Sequence record: PQ133007 | Length of the DNA: 44,212 bases | Reading direction: 5' to 3' (one strand) | From: Escherichia phage Henu5_1 | Part shown: in pieces, positions 44,182 to 44,212 of the stretch | Position numbering within the stretch: the stretch's first letter is position 1 | Layout of the letters: each line of letters begins with the position of its first letter | Notes under the pieces: model-generated | The model's database searches: none | The model's input: the letters and a program-made list of their open reading frames with translations, nothing else | What the model was told of the DNA's origin: nothing | Position numbers and translations under genes: made by a program

Positions 44182-44212
44182 CGTTGGTCATTAACCAACT
44201 GAGGGCAGAGCA

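Noticed and set aside
1-44212. tRNA genes or integrase/attachment site
   Set aside because: No T-loop-like GGTTCGAATCC-type sequences or cloverleaf candidates noticed in intergenic regions, and no tyrosine/serine recombinase-like ORF; the phage appears lytic with no tRNAs, though a formal scan was not run.

Overview
The window reads as a near-complete ~44 kb genome of a tailed (siphovirus-type) dsDNA phage with two arms. The plus arm (1-31702) carries an HTH protein, a primase/helicase, a chain of translationally coupled small early genes, a holin/endolysin cassette, terminase, portal, capsid and a lambda-like tail module (tape measure, gpM/L/K/I/J-like proteins, a side fibre with a C-terminal S74-type chaperone domain). 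The minus arm (31729-43811) carries replication and DNA-modification genes: a Cas4-like exonuclease, an SSB-like protein, family A DNA polymerase, VRR-NUC, SNF2 helicase, Dcm-like and Dam-like methyltransferases, and a HAD-like hydrolase. No integrase, repressor, tRNA or CRISPR was seen. The most unusual non-coding signals are (1) a ~200 bp module of GCGGGACA iterons plus a conserved hairpin present twice (about 2665-2870 and 19375-19690), and (2) a 9-10 bp motif GCAACCAAT/ATTGGTTGC that recurs at least 17 times, almost only in intergenic regions at sigma70-like promoters. All calls are from reading the sequence and motif memory; no database search was run. CDS coordinates follow the supplied ORF track, with starts adjusted to the best RBS-supported codon; promoter, terminator and repeat coordinates are hand-indexed and may be off by a few bases.
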